Shown: positions 46,873 to 57,883 of the stretch, piece after piece
Layout of the letters: every line of letters starts with the position of its first letter
Numbering within the stretch: position 1 is the first letter of the stretch
Origin: an uncultured virus (IMG/VR IMGVR_UViG_3300049629_001705)
Taxonomy: Duplodnaviria; Heunggongvirae; Uroviricota; Caudoviricetes
Direction: 5' to 3' (one strand)
Virus record (IMG/VR): IMGVR_UViG_3300049629_001705
DNA: 64,000 bases
Notes under the pieces: generated by a model
The model's database searches: none
What the model was told of the DNA's origin: nothing
What the model saw: only the letters and a program-made list of their open reading frames with translations
Position numbers and translations under genes: made by a program

Positions 46873-48377
46873 TTTACATTCACTATATTAAAAGTTAATT
46901 GTTTCTTATAAGTATCTTTCTCTCCTGAAGTATTCACTTGGATGTCCACATAATATTGGTTCGGTATTTTGTCTCTCATATCAAATATAAAATAGTATTC
47001 GTTGGGAGTTCTATTTATGGGGGTCCAATCTTGTACCTGTACTTCTGTTGTTCCTTCTTTTACATAAACCCTATAAAATGCCGAAATGTTTTCCAATAAA
47101 ACTTGACCTGTAAAAGCCTTTTTGATTGTTACACCTACCTTTCTAATATCGGTGTTCAAGATTTGTTCGTTTTGTAGGATACCGTAAAAATCAAAACCAT
47201 ATATAGAGGGTTCTTTTGATTGTGAACCTATTTGTATTCCGGCACTATATTGTTGTAATATAAATTGATTGGTCACATTAGGAATTGATTGTCCGTTTAT
47301 AGTTAAACCTGACCATATGTCAAAATATTCACAAGGTGTGGCACCTGTAAATCCGTCGGGTATGATTACCTCATATACACCTTTGGTTCTTAAACAAGTT
47401 GACAGAGAAGCCATACCACTAACAGCAACTCCAAGTCTATCTTCAATCCTAACGAACGGAAGTGTATCTAAATTCGATAAATCTCCATTTTGATATACAT
47501 AGAGATATAATTTATTTTGTTGGTTTTTTAAGAAGATATTTCTATCATCCTTGATGTAGTCATCGTAGTTGGTTAAAAGGTATGGTTGATAAAATGTTTG
47601 AGTATGTCTTGAGAAAAAAGCGACGGAATAACTGTCCGTCAAACCTGTTATATTTTCGACCTGTGGAAAATAAGCTATACCCCATCCAGTGACCCCTGTT
47701 ATAGTTCCATCTAAAATTCCATTTATTTCAGATGTCATGTCCATGTTTATATCTTCATTTCCAAATTCAAAGTGTTGTTGGTCTATAATTGTTAGTGCTG
47801 AGAAATTCACAAGACCAAGATTCCGGTTATTATAAACTCCAGGTTCAGACCAATCATCTATTGTTGTTGTCTGGTACCAATTTGAAGGTCTTGTAGAAAA
47901 AGCTCTAGGGTCAACATAGGTTAGAGGGTTTGCTCCCCCTTGTGCACTATTTTGATTCAGATTGAAATCATTATAATCATATCCCACTCCTTCGTCCCAA
48001 GACTGTGTGGAACCCGTAGTTCCACTAAAAAGTGGTATTCTGAACAAAAATAAGTCAAATGAGCTAGCCCTTCTCCTTTCGTTTGACATGAACGTATTTA
48101 ACAATTCATTATCAAATGATGAAGTATTTGTCATTTTAAGAGTATGTGTCAAACCACTTATACCTGGTGTACAACCCGTGGATATAACTCCACTTTGTAT
48201 ATTTGAAATTAAAAGAGATAAATCCAAGTCAAATAAAAATCTTGTAAATCCGTAGTTAGGTATTACAAAATCAGATGCTCCGAAATTTAATTCAACTACA
48301 GGATTTCTTCCTGTGTTTACATAAGAGTTGGAAATAATAGTATTATTTTTATCAATATAGGACCTTAAAATTGACAT
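46869..48377 (-). CDS. Putative virion structural protein
   Basis: Beta-rich; WDEGVGYD; TATTTAT upstream. Confidence 0.6.
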   Translation of the reverse strand: MSILRSYIDKNNTIISNSYVNTGRNPVVELNFGASDFVIPNYGFTRFLFDLDLSLLISNIQSGVISTGCTPGISGLTHTLKMTNTSSFDNELLNTFMSNERRRASSFDLFLFRIPLFSGTTGSTQSWDEGVGYDYNDFNLNQNSAQGGANPLTYVDPRAFSTRPSNWYQTTTIDDWSEPGVYNNRNLGLVNFSALTIIDQQHFEFGNEDINMDMTSEINGILDGTITGVTGWGIAYFPQVENITGLTDSYSVAFFSRHTQTFYQPYLLTNYDDYIKDDRNIFLKNQQNKLYLYVYQNGDLSNLDTLPFVRIEDRLGVAVSGMASLSTCLRTKGVYEVIIPDGFTGATPCEYFDIWSGLTINGQSIPNVTNQFILQQYSAGIQIGSQSKEPSIYGFDFYGILQNEQILNTDIRKVGVTIKKAFTGQVLLENISAFYRVYVKEGTTEVQVQDWTPINRTPNEYYFIFDMRDKIPNQYYVDIQVNTSGEKDTYKKQLTFNIVNVK

Positions 48378-48395
48378 TACTTTTCTTTATAAATA

Positions 48396-49910
48396 TCAAT
48401 TCAATCGAATATTTGAGTTCAATATTTTTCGTCTTGCACTTTGCATCATTCGGTCCAAATCTTCCACCTGAATTCCTGATTGAGTTTTTGATACAGGGGT
48501 TAGTCCTGGATATGCGTGAGTATGGGACACTAAGAAATTATAAATCAAATTTATAAGTTCTAATAATTCTTCACCCCTTACCATACTTGAAGTATTTGCT
48601 TGAATGTTTTCTGTGAAGGCTGATTCAGGGATTCCATATATCGTATTTGCAAAATTTATTTTTTGTTTTCCTTCAATGTCTGAATCTTGTGATAATAAAT
48701 AAATTTTTTGACCTCCCAAAGCAGCGAGTGTGTTGGGTTGATACACGAAATTACTAGTTTTCACTTCTTGAATTTGAACTTTAGATGGTAAACCGACAGT
48801 GTCCTTTTTCCAAATTAAACCATAACCACCAGGGTCTGCTGTGTTCAATTTAGTCCCATTATAAACTATTTTTAAATTTTTCTTGGAGTTTACATTTACG
48901 TTTGATAGACCTGAAGATGGATTTATAATGTTATACATCTCAATAGTAGGTCTAAAGAAAATTGGAAATTTATTTATTGATTCAGAAAATAGTTGAGCTC
49001 CTGTTCTACTTACATTACTGTCGTTACACGTTCTTATATAGGAATTTATAAATTCTATAGTATCAATCATAGAAAGTTGGGTGAAATTTTCAGTGTCGAT
49101 TAAAAATTTATCCGCAATTGAAACTTCTGAAGTTATGGTAAAATTATCAGTATTGTATTTAACTGATGGTTTTAGTGAATACAGATATACGGAACCATTA
49201 AATTTATTCGCATTATTTTCAGGATTTGTTATGACCCATTCTATCAAGTAATTTATTAAAAGTGTTATTGGAGTGGTAGATATAATTTTTTGAGTTTCTT
49301 CACCTGACTTTGTTCTATCGAAATTTGAAAGTTGCAAGAAAGCTCTGTTAGAGTTAGAGACCGCAACAGTGTTTGATTGGGGTGGCTCCGAGAATTTACC
49401 TGCACGTAAAATCAATTCATTTTTTTTGACAATCAAATCCGCACTACCTCTACCTAAAAGTGCGTTATCTAAAGGTTCGGGATAAATTCCAGCTTCAGTT
49501 GGGTCATCCCAATTTCCATCTTTCTTTTTTAAATTTCTCGGCGGTTTGACTTGAAAGCCTGTGCCTGTGTTATAAGAACCCGAAGCATTGTAAGTAAAAA
49601 AGGTTGAGCTTGGAGAGAAAAAATTACTTTGTATGTAAAATTGATTTTGAAATTTAAAATCAAAATTCATAAACATAATCTGAATGAGCTCACCTACTTC
49701 GGGTACTTGATATAAAAAATAAGGTATTAAAGGAGTAAAAATTAGAGGGTCTTTTTCAGTCCATGCATCCGCAGAATTACTCCAATTCTCAACACTTTTA
49801 AGTGTATCAGGTAAATTTATAGTGTTGATTTTAGCCCTAATCCTACCAAGCATAAGTGGGTCCTTGTTGTCCAAAACCGTTCCTTGATATAGTATAGATT
49901 GACTAGACAT
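48396..49910 (-). CDS. Baseplate hub/spike-like protein (gp5/gpV OB-fold)
   Basis: VLDNKDPLMLGRIRA at the N-terminus; HTH(A) metal-tip motif near the C-terminus. Confidence 0.7.
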   Translation of the reverse strand: MSSQSILYQGTVLDNKDPLMLGRIRAKINTINLPDTLKSVENWSNSADAWTEKDPLIFTPLIPYFLYQVPEVGELIQIMFMNFDFKFQNQFYIQSNFFSPSSTFFTYNASGSYNTGTGFQVKPPRNLKKKDGNWDDPTEAGIYPEPLDNALLGRGSADLIVKKNELILRAGKFSEPPQSNTVAVSNSNRAFLQLSNFDRTKSGEETQKIISTTPITLLINYLIEWVITNPENNANKFNGSVYLYSLKPSVKYNTDNFTITSEVSIADKFLIDTENFTQLSMIDTIEFINSYIRTCNDSNVSRTGAQLFSESINKFPIFFRPTIEMYNIINPSSGLSNVNVNSKKNLKIVYNGTKLNTADPGGYGLIWKKDTVGLPSKVQIQEVKTSNFVYQPNTLAALGGQKIYLLSQDSDIEGKQKINFANTIYGIPESAFTENIQANTSSMVRGEELLELINLIYNFLVSHTHAYPGLTPVSKTQSGIQVEDLDRMMQSARRKILNSNIRLN

Positions 49911-50109
49911 TTCCTCTTGATTGGTATTCTTTTAAAAATTTATTATATAGGCCCTCTACCGAATCCAACTCATAAGTAAGTGTAAGAATTTGATTTTTTA
50001 TTTTTTCAAATTCATTAGACAAATTAGACAAATGTTCGATTAAACTTGCATTTGAAAGTTCTTTCAAACGTAGGGCATCATTTGTAATATTTTCTTTAAT
50101 TTGTTCCAT
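49903..50109 (-). CDS. Small coiled-coil hypothetical protein
   Basis: Coupled ORF. Confidence 0.6.
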   Translation of the reverse strand: MEQIKENITNDALRLKELSNASLIEHLSNLSNEFEKIKNQILTLTYELDSVEGLYNKFLKEYQSRGNV

Positions 50110-50111
50110 AG

Positions 50112-52178
50112 TTATCTCGGAATACTCCAACAGAAACCGTTAAAACAGTAGGTATCATTTACACCTTGTTCTATCTGATTTTTTCTTTTTCCTCTATGTG
50201 TTGCATAGTTATAGAGTAACATCAAATTTGGTGTTCCATCAGGTAAGGCATCTGTTGGTAGTCCTATCTCTTGAAGATATTCTATTGTGTTTATGAAAGC
50301 ACCCTCCGCAGATTCACCTGGTAGAAAATCAGACAAAATTGCCAATGCTAAAGGTATTTTACGCCTTTTTCCCGGTAGTTTTCTTATTATGTTTATGATG
50401 TTTCTGATTTCATCAATAAGAGATTTACATTTCGTATAATCAAAAATTCCTTGTGTTATTTGAGCCGCTATGTCTATTCCTGCCTGTACTAAAGCTTTTG
50501 TTTGTGCTGTTGAATCTTTTAATCTGTTTGCAACAATTTCATTCACAACTATTTTTATTATATTTATTAATTCTCTTTTTAAAGTTTCAAATAAAACTTT
50601 TATAAAAATTCCACCAATTCTTGATACAACTTTTATAACGAAACTTGTAAATTTTTTGATAAAATCTACCGAGTCTGTTATGATATTTGTATTAGCTGTG
50701 TTGACTTGATTTATTTGGGTTACGGCTTGGTTATAAGATAAATTCTTTTCACTTTCAACAACACTCAATAAAATAAACACGGGTAAAAGAACTTTCGGGC
50801 TAAGAGCAGCGCATGCCACAGCTATAGCCATGTTTTTTATTATTCCCTCTGAAATTGTAGCTTCAGCGTTGAAACTTGCCGGTAGATATATTTTCCAATC
50901 AGGATTCTCAGACAAACTGTCTATGATGTTTTCCATAGTAGTAATTTGTTCTTCAAAAGTCTGACCTGAGACGGTATTTTTAAAATCTAAGCATTGATTT
51001 GTTAGATTATTGAAATCCACAGGAAGTTTCACGTTTTCACAATCGGCAAATTCTATAACGTTATTCTGAACATTATTCACCTCGTTTTGTATTTGTCTCA
51101 AATCCTGTTCAGTAAATTCAAAAAATCTATCGTCAACTCCATCAAGTTCTGCAACTTTAGAAAGTCCACTTACGTCAATTTCCTCTTTGGAATCAAAACA
51201 CAAACCTAAAATTCTAGCAAGTAGTGTATAAAATTTTGATTGACTATCTATCGGACCTGATGATGCGGGAACTTTCATGTTCATAAATTGAGATATGAAA
51301 TTCAATACTTGTGGTATAAGTTCTGTTGTATCAAAAAGTTTTATTGTAGAATAATAATCTTCTAAAAATTCACCAACTTTGTTTACTTCTGAAGCAATTC
51401 CTTCTCTGTCAATGAGTGCGACTCTGTAATAATTTCCTGTTACACCAAATTCGTTTGTTGTTGTATATTTTATATTGAATAATTTTTGACCACTACTTCC
51501 TTGATAAAATTTACCATTTTCCTCAAAAAAACTTCTATTGTTATTATTTAATAAACCACTTAAAGTTCTGTTGAAAGGAAAAGGAACCTCACCTCCGTAT
51601 GGTCTCATGATATTGTCTGCTACTGTAGGGGGGTAACTTTCGTATAAAATTTTCCCAATGGGTTGGTCAATATTTTGTTTCAACATTCCATTTGCCAATG
51701 TAATTGCGTCTAAAGACTGAACGGGTATAAAAATTGTGGAGTTGACGGGTAATAAATCTATATTTTGTGCACTTATTGCTGTGTTGGCTTTATAAATTTG
51801 TTCTTGAGAACAACCTAAAGATTTCAATGCTTCCTCAGCTATAATTTTTTTAACTTCAGATTCTGCTTGGACCGCTGACCTTAGTATTAGATTTCTGATT
51901 GCTTTTTTACTAGGTCCACCAGTACCTCTTGTCAAACCAATCAAATCATTCAGAGCATCCATGGAGGTTGGAACTTTCCTTTGGAACCTCTTTTGTTGTT
52001 TGTTGATTTTATTTAGTTGTGAAGTGGTCTGATTTAGAGATTTAGTCAATGGATTTGTTTGACTTTTTTCTAAATCTTTCTGTGCTTTTAAACTTTCTAT
52101 AAATGCGTTTACAGCACTGATTCCTTTACCAGTTTCTTTTGTGGAATTTGAGAGGTCTAAATTTCCTAATTCTGCCAT
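50112..52178 (-). CDS. Hypothetical virion protein
   Basis: 688 aa in the late operon. Confidence 0.65.
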   Translation of the reverse strand: MAELGNLDLSNSTKETGKGISAVNAFIESLKAQKDLEKSQTNPLTKSLNQTTSQLNKINKQQKRFQRKVPTSMDALNDLIGLTRGTGGPSKKAIRNLILRSAVQAESEVKKIIAEEALKSLGCSQEQIYKANTAISAQNIDLLPVNSTIFIPVQSLDAITLANGMLKQNIDQPIGKILYESYPPTVADNIMRPYGGEVPFPFNRTLSGLLNNNNRSFFEENGKFYQGSSGQKLFNIKYTTTNEFGVTGNYYRVALIDREGIASEVNKVGEFLEDYYSTIKLFDTTELIPQVLNFISQFMNMKVPASSGPIDSQSKFYTLLARILGLCFDSKEEIDVSGLSKVAELDGVDDRFFEFTEQDLRQIQNEVNNVQNNVIEFADCENVKLPVDFNNLTNQCLDFKNTVSGQTFEEQITTMENIIDSLSENPDWKIYLPASFNAEATISEGIIKNMAIAVACAALSPKVLLPVFILLSVVESEKNLSYNQAVTQINQVNTANTNIITDSVDFIKKFTSFVIKVVSRIGGIFIKVLFETLKRELINIIKIVVNEIVANRLKDSTAQTKALVQAGIDIAAQITQGIFDYTKCKSLIDEIRNIINIIRKLPGKRRKIPLALAILSDFLPGESAEGAFINTIEYLQEIGLPTDALPDGTPNLMLLYNYATHRGKRKNQIEQGVNDTYCFNGFCWSIPR

Positions 52179-52183
52179 CCGAG

Positions 52184-52552
52184 TTACATTTTATATAGGC
52201 CATCATCAGTGGAAACATCTTTCTCAATTAAATTTTGTATCATTTCATCATCCAAATCTAAATCAGTCAATTTGAATGATTCATTTGATGAATTTGATTT
52301 TTCCCAAATGGTAGATTGAAGTTTAGAAAGACTCAATTTTTTTTCGACACAATCATTTACAATTTTTTGTTGTTTTTCTATTACAGGCCCTATAGTGGTC
52401 ATGTCTTCAGGGTCTTTTAACATTGTCAACATTTTGTTTTGAATTCTTATTGCAGTATTTCTTTGTTCTACAAGTTCATTATAAATTTCTTGCATCAACG
52501 CTAAAATTGAATCTTTAGTAAAATTTATTTCTTTTTTTTGCGGCCGTGGCAT
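52184..52552 (-). CDS. Hypothetical coiled-coil protein
   Basis: TATTTAT upstream. Confidence 0.7.
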   Translation of the reverse strand: MPRPQKKEINFTKDSILALMQEIYNELVEQRNTAIRIQNKMLTMLKDPEDMTTIGPVIEKQQKIVNDCVEKKLSLSKLQSTIWEKSNSSNESFKLTDLDLDDEMIQNLIEKDVSTDDGLYKM

Positions 52553-52567
52553 AACAATAAATACTTT

Positions 52568-53317
52568 TTAATCGTTTTTCATTTTAGTTTGAATGGAGAC
52601 GTACAATTTTTTAAATTTTTTTATTGAACCCCTTATTTCTTTTGTGCTCAGATTGGTCATTTCTCTTAGAGAAAGAAGAATAATGTTTTTGTTAAATTTG
52701 TTATTTTCTCTTCCCGTGAAAATTGTTTCATAGTTATAAAATAGGTCAATAAGTGCGTACCCTAATTTTTTTTCATTATCCGTCAAAACTTCACAATCAA
52801 CATATTCTTTTAGTTTTTCTAAGTAGGTTGATATTACTAAATTTGTATCCAAGTGGTCTTCATCTATTCGATAAATCATATCAGGACGTTCCTCGATTGT
52901 TGAAGATATGTCTTCGTATGATATCTTCCTATTTGTTTCTTTTTGGTCTTTTATTATTTGACCCATCAGATAATTTTTACAAATAGTACCGAAATATGAA
53001 TAAGCCTTTTTGTTTTTAGAAGGTTTAAATTTATCAACCTTTGTCATCAGAAAAGAATGAGTGTCGATATGAATTTCTTCAAAATCCATATCTTTTCGAT
53101 AGAGCTTATATCTTCTAATAATAGAAGAAATCATTTTATCGAGAGGTGCTCTTAAAAACTCATTATAGATTTTATTTTTTTCTTCGGATGATTCTGCAAT
53201 TAGAAATTTTCTTACTGCAGTTTCTTCTCGAACATCAAAATAATTTTCTTTTACGGCCTTTCTACCTCTTTTTTTTAACGAAACATCTTCTGTCTTACCT
53301 GAAATGGTTTCGGACAT
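52568..53317 (-). CDS. Phage RNA polymerase sigma factor (gp55-like late sigma)
   Basis: NYFD..., KVDKFKPSKNKKAYSYFGTICKNYL, sigma region 2-like. Confidence 0.7.
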   Translation of the reverse strand: MSETISGKTEDVSLKKRGRKAVKENYFDVREETAVRKFLIAESSEEKNKIYNEFLRAPLDKMISSIIRRYKLYRKDMDFEEIHIDTHSFLMTKVDKFKPSKNKKAYSYFGTICKNYLMGQIIKDQKETNRKISYEDISSTIEERPDMIYRIDEDHLDTNLVISTYLEKLKEYVDCEVLTDNEKKLGYALIDLFYNYETIFTGRENNKFNKNIILLSLREMTNLSTKEIRGSIKKFKKLYVSIQTKMKND

Positions 53318-54123
53318 TATTCATTTGTTGATTCATATTTTATGGCTCTGTCATCAACAAAAAAATATTCTTGTTTAGCCGTTTTTATCCAAAATCTTAC
53401 TTCATCTTCTAACATTTTATCCTCACCATATTTGTAATTCCAAAATAAAGAACCCTCTCTCAAATTTGTATGTTTATAACCTAACTTAGGTATGGTCATT
53501 ATTACTGCTGAGTTATAAGTAAGTCTCAAAAGGAATTCATAAACAAAAGTTAGTTTCATTGAAGGTTTCATATACCCAAAATCTTCCAATATTTGTTTTT
53601 TGATAACACTTCCAGAAGTTTGAAAATTTTGGTACTCCTGTAGAGTATCGTTTGTTAGAAACCCAATTTCTTGTGTAAAGTTAGCTGCGAAAGTTGCTTC
53701 ATTAGTAAAACCCGCAAACACACCCTTTTCATCAGTTTCAACTACTACAGGTAAAAACACTTGTACTTCAGGAAATGAATCGATGTATTTTTTTACATTG
53801 TCAAACCAAATATTGGAATATTCATCATCAAATTCAAAAATAGAAATCCATTTACCACTACTCTCCTTTATACCTTGATTTAATTGAGATGCGAAGTTTG
53901 GTGTTTTTTCCCAAACTATAAGTTTTACATTCAAGTTTCCGAAATCATAGGATTTTAAAAGAGTAACTAATTGTTCTTCGGCTGTGTGAACAATGACCAA
54001 CTCTTCAATTTCGGTTTTTTGATTTTTCAAAGATGTTATTGCTTTACCAAAGTATTCGTCAAAATCTTTAGCCTTGGCAGATTTGATTGGTAAGATTACA
54101 GATACAGATATTTTGTTACTCAT
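53317..54123 (-). CDS. Glycosyltransferase family 2
   Basis: SVILPI, LNQGI, IFEFDD. Confidence 0.8.
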   Translation of the reverse strand: MSNKISVSVILPIKSAKAKDFDEYFGKAITSLKNQKTEIEELVIVHTAEEQLVTLLKSYDFGNLNVKLIVWEKTPNFASQLNQGIKESSGKWISIFEFDDEYSNIWFDNVKKYIDSFPEVQVFLPVVVETDEKGVFAGFTNEATFAANFTQEIGFLTNDTLQEYQNFQTSGSVIKKQILEDFGYMKPSMKLTFVYEFLLRLTYNSAVIMTIPKLGYKHTNLREGSLFWNYKYGEDKMLEDEVRFWIKTAKQEYFFVDDRAIKYESTNE

Positions 54124-54126
54124 ATA

Positions 54127-55173
54127 TTAAAGTTTTGAAATTTGTTCTTCTAATTGATTTGCTCTGGTAGTCAAGTAATTATCGAAAAGGTTTATCACAT
54201 CAGTTGTAAATTTTTCTTTACTTTTGAATTGTTCTACGGTTTTATCCATGTTTTCATAAAGTTCAGGTTTGATATTGTCCTCTAACCAATTTTGAATGAA
54301 GTCCGCAATAAAATCGGTAATCAATGTCAAATCTGTAATCCAAACACCGTTTTCTTGTGTCATCCAAGATGGTTGTAAATCAGGAATTTTACCCAATACA
54401 GGTACTCCACACGCCATACTTTCCAAGGGGAAAGTACCAAAACCACTTTTGGTATCTACCCAAACACTGAGGAAACAATCTTTAAGTGTCTTAGCAAATT
54501 CTTTTTCACTCAAACCTCGGAGGTCTCTGAAGGTAAACCATCTGTATTGAGGAAATCTTAAATAAAAAGTTTTGATGATAGAAATTGCATCTTCTTGTTC
54601 ACGAGTATGTACCCCAATAATCGGCATCGGTGGAACACCTTTTTTCGTGAATGATTCTGATATTACAGGTTCTAAAATATCTACTGAAGCTTGTCTCATT
54701 ACCTTTTCAATATATTCTTTTTGAGTTTGACAGGTTGTTATACATTTATACACACCGTGTTGAGACCAAGATTGACCGGGTTGTAGTGTTTCGAGCATGT
54801 AAGCATATGATTGTGTAAGAACAATTTTTGCACAAGGAAGATTTTTTACTTGTTCCATCACGAAACCGAATAGTTCAGGAATCACCAAAAAGTCCTCGGG
54901 TGCAATTTGAAGATTTTGATTCTCAATCGATTGATGAGGTATTGTCATAAATTCTGCATCTAACCATTTATCCACACCCATATAATCATTTTTTTCATGT
55001 AAAATTATAGGGTTGAAATTAGAGTTTTTTAACTCCATTGCAATTTGATAAATGTATCTAACAGATGCTCTTGCATTTCCTTTTGTATCTTGTACAAAAA
55101 AATAAATCTTTGATTTCTTTTCCTTCAGATTTGTTATTGAGGCTAAAACCTTTTCTTTGGAGATATTTTCCAT
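54127..55173 (-). CDS. GT-B fold glycosyltransferase (GT4-like)
   Basis: GFGTFPLESMACGVPV. Confidence 0.75.
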   Translation of the reverse strand: MENISKEKVLASITNLKEKKSKIYFFVQDTKGNARASVRYIYQIAMELKNSNFNPIILHEKNDYMGVDKWLDAEFMTIPHQSIENQNLQIAPEDFLVIPELFGFVMEQVKNLPCAKIVLTQSYAYMLETLQPGQSWSQHGVYKCITTCQTQKEYIEKVMRQASVDILEPVISESFTKKGVPPMPIIGVHTREQEDAISIIKTFYLRFPQYRWFTFRDLRGLSEKEFAKTLKDCFLSVWVDTKSGFGTFPLESMACGVPVLGKIPDLQPSWMTQENGVWITDLTLITDFIADFIQNWLEDNIKPELYENMDKTVEQFKSKEKFTTDVINLFDNYLTTRANQLEEQISKL

Positions 55174-55174
55174 A

Positions 55175-55453
55175 TTAGTAATGATTGATTAACTTTTTAT
55201 TTAATAAACTATTGAATGCTAATTTGAAAGGAACGCTTAAATTGTTTGAACTTTTCAAACCTAATTTATCGTCCATCTCTTCATTTTCAGATAAAACTAC
55301 TTCCATGAGCATTTTAACGATTTCAAATTTCACAATGTTGACTCTTGTTTCGGTAAATCCACTAGATGATTCTGAACTTACCTCATAGATATCCAAGTAC
55401 CTTTCCAACTCATCCAAATCAACAAAGTAATTTTCGTTTAATATTTTTAACAT
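55175..55453 (-). CDS. Hypothetical protein
   Basis: Coupled ORF. Confidence 0.7.
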   Translation of the reverse strand: MLKILNENYFVDLDELERYLDIYEVSSESSSGFTETRVNIVKFEIVKMLMEVVLSENEEMDDKLGLKSSNNLSVPFKLAFNSLLNKKLINHY

Positions 55454-56037
55454 ATTTCTTGTAATTTATTTTTTAGGTCTTTTATAGATTTTATTTTGTG
55501 AATTATTTCTGTATCTGAATTATAAGAAGTTTCATACTTTATTAAAGTTTTGTTTTCAGGATGATTCAACAATAATTTTGGATTAGCGGTTACTAATATA
55601 TCAACATTAGACCATAAGTTATCGATTGTTATTTCACTATAAAATAAAACGTGTTCAATAAGACTTCCAAATTTAGATATAAAAAAAAGAGATGCGGGTT
55701 TTGATTTACCAATTTCATCTGATACGATTATAAATTCATGTTCATCCCGAAGTTCCAAATATAAATTATTCAAATCCAAAAGTCCATTAGGCTCTACTGA
55801 ACCTGCGTGACCGAAGATTTCCATAGTGTGTTCTTTATACAGAAAATTATAAAGTTCATCGTTATCTTTGAAAGCTAAATGTTCTGAAATATTCAAACTC
55901 GTAACGTCCGATTTAACTTGATATTCAAACTCTGACTCTTCCTTGAATGGATTATCAATATACCACTTTTGATATTCTTGTTGAATTTTTCCAAGTGTAT
56001 TTCGTAAAACACCATTTATTTCAACTCCGATTTTCAT
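55447..56037 (-). CDS. 5'(3')-deoxyribonucleotidase-like HAD protein with degenerate motif
   Basis: KIGVEINGVL in place of DxDGVL. Confidence 0.55.
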   Translation of the reverse strand: MKIGVEINGVLRNTLGKIQQEYQKWYIDNPFKEESEFEYQVKSDVTSLNISEHLAFKDNDELYNFLYKEHTMEIFGHAGSVEPNGLLDLNNLYLELRDEHEFIIVSDEIGKSKPASLFFISKFGSLIEHVLFYSEITIDNLWSNVDILVTANPKLLLNHPENKTLIKYETSYNSDTEIIHKIKSIKDLKNKLQEIC

Positions 56038-56765
56038 TCTTCGTATCTTTTTAATATTTGTGTTATTAAAGGGTTTCTTACAACATCAGTGTCTTTAAAT
56101 TCATGAATTCCTACATCAGTAAAATCTCTAAATTTTTTCATCGCATCCCATAAACCTGTTTGAGTTTTGTCTTTGTGTCTATCAAACTGTTCTAAATCCC
56201 CTGAAATAAAAAATTTAGAATTGAAACCTATTCTTGTTAGAAGAAGTTTCATTTGACTTGGAGTAGAATTTTGAGCTTCTTCAAAAATTAAAATCGAATT
56301 GTCAATATTCATACCCCTCATATAAGCCAATGCAAAGACCTCAATGGCTTCAATCTCTTTTAATTTTTCTCGTAATTCTTTTCCTATGATTTTATTTAAA
56401 AGATAGTATGAGGGGAAAATATAAGGGTCAAGTTTTTCTTCTACGCCACCCGGTAAACTACCTAATTTTTCTTCGGCTTCTACCGCTGGTCTTACGATTA
56501 TAATTTTTTCAAAAGGGGTTTCTGGGTCAAATAATAAATCAACCGCACATTTCATTGCAATATAACTCTTACCAACTCCTGCAGGACCCGAACAGATTGT
56601 AATCTGATTATTTGATAACTTCTCGTAATACTCTTTTTGACTTTCTGATAAAAATTTTTGTTTTGTTTTCTTTTTTAAAATTGAAGTTATGTACTCTTTT
56701 TTTGTTTTGTAATTGGAACTTTCTAAAGTTGGGGTAGGAGCTGGATTTTTTTTAGTTCTACTCAT
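56034..56765 (-). CDS. phoH: PhoH-family ATPase
   Basis: GPAGVGKS, RPAVEA, LAYMRG, EEAQN, GDLEQ, VVRNPL. Confidence 0.95.
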   Translation of the reverse strand: MSRTKKNPAPTPTLESSNYKTKKEYITSILKKKTKQKFLSESQKEYYEKLSNNQITICSGPAGVGKSYIAMKCAVDLLFDPETPFEKIIIVRPAVEAEEKLGSLPGGVEEKLDPYIFPSYYLLNKIIGKELREKLKEIEAIEVFALAYMRGMNIDNSILIFEEAQNSTPSQMKLLLTRIGFNSKFFISGDLEQFDRHKDKTQTGLWDAMKKFRDFTDVGIHEFKDTDVVRNPLITQILKRYEE

Positions 56766-57883
56766 TTAACTTTGATTTTTTTTGTTTTTTGGGGTTCTCG
56801 TTTATAAACCGTTTTTCCACCATCGGGACTTTCATAAATCCACGGTGTTTCTTTTTCTAATGTATCTATTTGTGATTTAATCCAATTGAACGTTTTTTTC
56901 AATCCTATGGATAGAGGTTGACTGACTTCCCAACCAATTTTTTCTCTATATAGTTTATTGTCTGAGTTTCTACCTTTAACACCTAATGGACATTTGAAAC
57001 CATACTTCGAAAGGAATTCATCCCCTTCTATGTTTCTTATTTTAATATTTTTTCCTGAAAATTCAATAGCCATTCGTGCTAATTGGTTGATTGTCACCAT
57101 TTCTTCACTTCCTATATTGACGGGACCAGTGAATTTAGAATTCATCAATCTTAGAACAGCTTCAACACACTCATCGACATATAGAAAAGACCTGGTTTGT
57201 TGACCATTCCCCCAAACTTCTAACTCTTCACCGTCGTTTAGTTCTGCGGCTTTTCTACACATCGCTGCGGGAGATTTTTCACGTCCGCCTGTCCATGTCC
57301 CCTGTGGTCCAAATATGTTATGGAATCTGGCTATTCTGACATCTAAACCATAATTTCTGTGATAAGCCAAATAAATTCTTTCTGAAAAAAGTTTTTCCCA
57401 TCCGTATTCAGAATCAGGATTTGCGGGGTATGCAGAACTTTCTTCACAATTTGGATTATTGGGGTCTAGTTGGTTGTGTTCTGGATACATACATGCCGAT
57501 GAGGAATAGAAAACTTTTTTTACTTTTTTCTTAACACATTCATTGGCAACATTCAAATTTATCAAAGAGGAATTGTGCATTAAATTTGCATCATTTTCGC
57601 CTGTGAAAATATACAAAGCACCTCCCATATCGGCTGCTAGTTGATATAATTCATCGACATCCTGTTCGATGACCAAGTCAACAACTTTAGGGTCAGTTAA
57701 ATCCCCCAAAATGAATTCGTGACAAATTTCATCTTGAAAAAAATATTCGTGTTTTTTTATATCACAAATTCTAACGTGATTTCCTTCCTCTTTTAATCTT
57801 TTAGCTAAGTGTCCTCCTATGAAGCCACCGCCACCAAGAACAACTATTTTTTTACCTATTGATTGATTCTTCTGCAACTTCAT
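56762..57883 (-). CDS. GDP-mannose 3,5-epimerase-like SDR
   Basis: GGGGFIG, LAADMGG, YSSSACMYP, YGWEK, GREKSPAAMCRK, GVKGRNSDN. Confidence 0.85.
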   Translation of the reverse strand: MKLQKNQSIGKKIVVLGGGGFIGGHLAKRLKEEGNHVRICDIKKHEYFFQDEICHEFILGDLTDPKVVDLVIEQDVDELYQLAADMGGALYIFTGENDANLMHNSSLINLNVANECVKKKVKKVFYSSSACMYPEHNQLDPNNPNCEESSAYPANPDSEYGWEKLFSERIYLAYHRNYGLDVRIARFHNIFGPQGTWTGGREKSPAAMCRKAAELNDGEELEVWGNGQQTRSFLYVDECVEAVLRLMNSKFTGPVNIGSEEMVTINQLARMAIEFSGKNIKIRNIEGDEFLSKYGFKCPLGVKGRNSDNKLYREKIGWEVSQPLSIGLKKTFNWIKSQIDTLEKETPWIYESPDGGKTVYKREPQKTKKIKVK

